From the human T2T-CHM13v2.0 reference genome, Homo sapiens, in NCBI RefSeq assembly GCF_009914755.1, contig NC_060927.1: a DNA stretch of 64,000 nucleotides. One strand, written 5' to 3'. Below the pieces are notes generated by a model that saw only the letters and a program-made list of their open reading frames with translations, had not been told where the DNA came from and ran no database searches. Positions 57,941 to 64,000 of the stretch are shown one piece after another (within the stretch, counting starts at the first letter, position 1; each line of letters begins with the position of its first letter). Both the position numbers and the translations under genes were made by a program.

Positions 57941-58180
57941 CCATTCTCCCTTGGTATACACAGGAATTGGTTCCAGGACCCCTGCATCTACCAGTATTCG
58001 CCCATACTCAAGACTTACAGTCGGTCCTTCAGAACCCTTGGATGTAACAATTGGCTCTCTGTATATGCAGGTTTTACACCCTGTGATTATTGATATTTTG
58101 GATCCACATTTGGTTAAAAAAAAAATCCCCATATAAGTGGACCCGGGCAGTTCAAATCCATGTTATTCAAGGGTGAACTG
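57941..58180. mobile_element. MER8 (Tigger2-derived MITE)
   Basis: TA-flanked; ttggttccaggacccc ... aagtggacccgggcagttcaaatccatgttattcaagggtgaactg. Confidence 0.88.
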
Positions 58181-58476
58181 TATATGTACATACCTATCAC
58201 AGCAATGCGCTGAGTACACAATCAAAGCATGAACACATCACTTGTAGAACTTGAAGGAAAACCCCTTGTCCTTGCCCAGGGCAAGTAAGGAGTACTTCTT
58301 AAAGGAAAACAAGACAGATCAAGGAAGGGACAAGCATTTCAGGCAGAAGATGCAGCAAACACAGGACACAGCAAGATATCAAAAGAGCAATAGACATGTG
58401 AACATGTAGCTGGTGTGCCAGTCAGGAGTTAGACCATGTTTAATCATCATACCAAGCTAAGGAATTTGGATGGACC

Positions 58477-58781
58477 AGCATTTTAAAAAGTCTGTCCCTA
58501 AAAGCAGGGACCCTGGAAGTCGCCCTTTGAGAACAGAGTACTATGATCATTTGTATTTGGGAAATTACCTCCCTTTGTGAATTTCTTGAAGATTAACAAT
58601 GTGCATTAGCATATTAAAGGATTTTATAAGTACTAAGGTGAAGTGAGTAGCCTGCTTAATTTTGTTTTATCCCATTTTGTCCATTCTTATTTAAACAGGT
58701 AGCCCTTTCATAAAGAAGACAAACTTTTTTTTAAACAACCCTTGGAATTAATGATCCCCAGAGCTCATTTTGGGGAGATAA
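58477..58781. mobile_element. hAT-Charlie (Charlie4-like) relic within an L2
   Basis: gcattagcatattaaagg motif; L2-like flanks. Confidence 0.5.
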
Positions 58782-59235
58782 TGAAGAGAGATTATGACAA
58801 AGGAATCATGTGCTTATAACCGGGTTTTAGCATATTCATTCTAATGGTCACTGTGGACAGGATGGATTAGAGACGGGGAAATGAAGGCATAGGGAGACCA
58901 AAGGACAGCTTTTGATGGTAATGCTAAGGCAATAGCAAGGGGGATGATGAAAGGGAAGCAGATATTTAAGAGAGAATTAACCATTCAGTACTTGACTGAT
59001 GGATTCTGAAGAGATAGCAGGCTATGAACTGAAACATATTTTAAAAGTTATTAAGCATATTGTATAACAACAGTGCTGATAGAGTGCATATTATGTGCAA
59101 GGCAATGTTCTAAATGTTTATAATATAACCTAATAAAATATTTGCAAAAACCCTGTCGGGGGTGCTATCACTTTACAGATGATAAAACAGTTACATAAAG
59201 GTATAATCTATGCCCAAGCTCACATAATTAATAAG

Positions 59236-59562
59236 TATGGGCATTGAAAAACTATTGTCCATGGACCCAATTTGGTCCGTCACATTGTTTCATATGCTTG
59301 AGAACTAGGAGTGGTTCTTTAACATTTTTAAATGGTTGGGGAAAAAGTATAAAGAAGGTAACATTTCATGATGGGAAAATTATATGAAATTTAAATTTCC
59401 ATGGATAAGATTTTACTGGAACACAATACAATTTGTGTATATTCACTGGTTGCTTTTATGCTGCAACAGTAAAGTTCTGTAGTTGTGACAGAGACCTTAC
59501 AGACTGCCAAGCTGAAAGTATTGAGTATGAGGTCGTTTAAAGAAAAAGTTTGCAGATGCCTG
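59236..59562. mobile_element. MER58B MITE inserted in a minus-strand MIR (~59065-59600)
   Basis: tagttgtgacagagacc...aagaaaaagtttgcagatgcctg; aataag duplicated on both sides; MIR resumes taagtggcacag. Confidence 0.85.
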
Positions 59563-61359
59563 AATAAGTGGCACAGTCAGGATTCAAATCTGAGATTCGA
59601 AGGTCAGGTTTTGTGAAGTCAAAACCATGTAGGGCCTGGAAATGCATGCATAAGGCCTGGTGTGCCTTTGGGGAGCTCAGATTGTCAAGAGATGGGTTAA
59701 CTAAGCAGTTGATCCCGTGTGGCAGTTGTCACAGTGGTGGGAAAGATGGAGCAGTATCTTAAGATCTGAGAAACACCACCTCAGTGCGGCTAGGGGGCAG
59801 GATGTGTCAAGGAAGTTTAGTCAAGTATGGAAATGCGACACAAAGGTCAGGAAAAGATAAAGTGCTGTGCCAAATAATATCGTAGCAAAAACCTTTCCCT
59901 GTGGTCTGTTCCTGCTTCCACACATTCCTTGCTCCTTGGCTAAAGAAGGAGCCCAGTGTTCAGAAGGAACACCTGGTGTGAAGAAACAGAATAGGTGGCA
60001 CTTGGAGGTTTGATATCATGTTCTTGGGGAAAACAGAGGCTTCTAGTGTTAAAATGGAAATTGAAAGTGGTCTCTGGGAGCTTTACCAGCTTTGTTTAAT
60101 AGGAGCAAGCTGGTGATAGAATTGACACTAAGACAATTTCTTCCATTCAGGGCTGTTGTGAGCAGCTTTACTACAGAAACCCTTTTCATCCCAATACCTT
60201 GATCAGATCCATTTTACTTCCAGCTAGGAAGAGGCTGAAGTTTAAGTGCACCTGCCCACTGTGTTCTGGGGAGAGCATATGTTGTCAATCTTCTCCACAG
60301 GCTCTTTCTGCATTGTCCTTGGCACTCCTAGAAACTGCTCCCTCTCAGTGGCAGATAACAAACATGTGAAAACCCATGCTTTCATTATATTCATTACGAT
60401 GTGTCCCAGCAACCCTTAGACAGTGACCGCTCAACTGGCCTTTTATGCCAGGATAATATTTGCCCATCTAAGAAATTAGGCACAAAGTGAAAGGAGAAAT
60501 GAGATGCAGCTGCCGTGCAATGCTGACTCAAGAACTCCTTGTGTCCATGACACAGGGAGATCTCATTAGTGTTGTATTCTGCGCAGCCAACTTGCTTAAA
60601 AAGAGCGTCAGAGCACTGGAAATGGCTTTTTGCTTGTTGGTTGCCATCATGAGAATCGAACCTTTTGTTCTCCAATTCATTCGGTATTTCTTGGGTGCCT
60701 GCTTCACCTGTCCAGGCAATAAGGACACCATGGCGTTCCAAACCTAGCATGGTCCCTGCCACCAGGAAGCAGTATATGGTGTCAAGGGGGCAGAGATGTC
60801 AACCACATACTCATGCAGTGAAATCTGAGCCTTCACTGTGGCTGGCTCTACGTAGAAGAGGTTTGTGTGCTAAGGGGACAGGTAACAGGAGAATTTAATC
60901 TAGTCAGCAAGGGTAGAATTTGAGGAAGGGAGGAACTGTCTGAGATTTAAGTTGAGCACGTGTTACCCAGGTGGCAAGGGGGAACAACAGAGTTCCAGGC
61001 AGAAGAAACCACATGTTGGCTTTCTGGCTACTAAGCAGCTTTGCCCGGCTCAATAGCTCATATAGGGCTAATTTTTAAAAGCCAAGGTTGCTTCCCCTCT
61101 TCCACAGCTCCAACTGGACTCTGTCATGTGCTTAACATGAATTCATTTGTGTTTTATTTGACTTAATTTGGCTCAGTCAACAGCCTTTATTGACAGCTAT
61201 GTGCCATATAGGAATACTGAAATGGAAACACGTCATCATGGTTAAAATCCCTAAAGCTACCATTTACTGGGCTCCTACTTGGGATCTAGGCAGACCTATG
61301 TGTGATTTCCAAATGAGGTCTTTGGCCTGGGCCAGAAACTTCCTCTCTATGAGATTTAG

Positions 61360-63492
<2,133 letters not shown>

Positions 63493-63493
<1 letters not shown>

Positions 63494-63595
63494 TATATGT
63501 GTGTATCTATATATATGTGTATGTATATATATGTGTGTGTGTATATATGTGTATGTATATATATGTGTGTGTGTATATATGTGTGTGTGTATATA

Positions 63596-63627
<32 letters not shown>
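63493..63627. repeat. (TA)n/(TG)n compound microsatellite
   Basis: Directly visible. Confidence 0.97.
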
Positions 63628-64000
63628 AAGACATTTGTAGCTGATCTGAAATTCAATCTGAAAAAAAAATGAAAAAAAAACAGGCTAGTGATGTTTGTTG
63701 AATCTGATTATCATGAATATTAAGTGACATACTGTGATGTGCAGCACAGTTCCTGGAACAAAGCAGACTTCTGATGACGTCTGTTGATTGAATAATGGCG
63801 TTCGTCTTAAACCAGTACTGGGCTTGGGAGTCCAGCTTAATTTTAGTTTATGCGTAGACCATAAGGTTTTATAAAATTCTCTACCTACCAATTCTGGTCT
63901 CATTATATCCAGAGACAAATATATCACCTAATAACCTTCAGTCATTTCTTCTCTGGCCAAAGCATAAATGCATTATTAAAGAATCATTTATGTATTTCTA

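Overview
Primate (human-like) nuclear genomic DNA, AT-rich, with no CpG island and no host protein-coding exon, RNA gene or CRISPR array that I can support. About half or more of the window is interspersed repeat. It contains a nested stack of minus-strand LINE-1s (1-9.7 kb) and a near full-length degraded L1MA (15.7-23.6 kb) carrying a ~0.9 kb alternating purine/pyrimidine minisatellite. It also contains Alus, MIR/L2/L3 relics, MaLR and ERV-L solo LTRs, Tigger and hAT-Charlie MITEs, and a 5'-truncated plus-strand L1PA (61.4-63.5 kb). All recognisable ORFs are decayed L1 ORF1/ORF2 or artefacts of repeats. I do not see a new multi-gene system. The best sequence-supported oddities concern retrotransposition mechanics: a probable L1 3' transduction bracketed by a TSD inside a split MIR; an L1 whose internally deleted segment reappears at its 5' end; four MER5 MITEs chained by exact 8-bp spacers; a palindromic 30-bp x7 VNTR; and a candidate microsatellite-enabled exon. 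Repeat subfamily names come from recalled consensus sequences, not a database search, and boundaries of old repeats are approximate.
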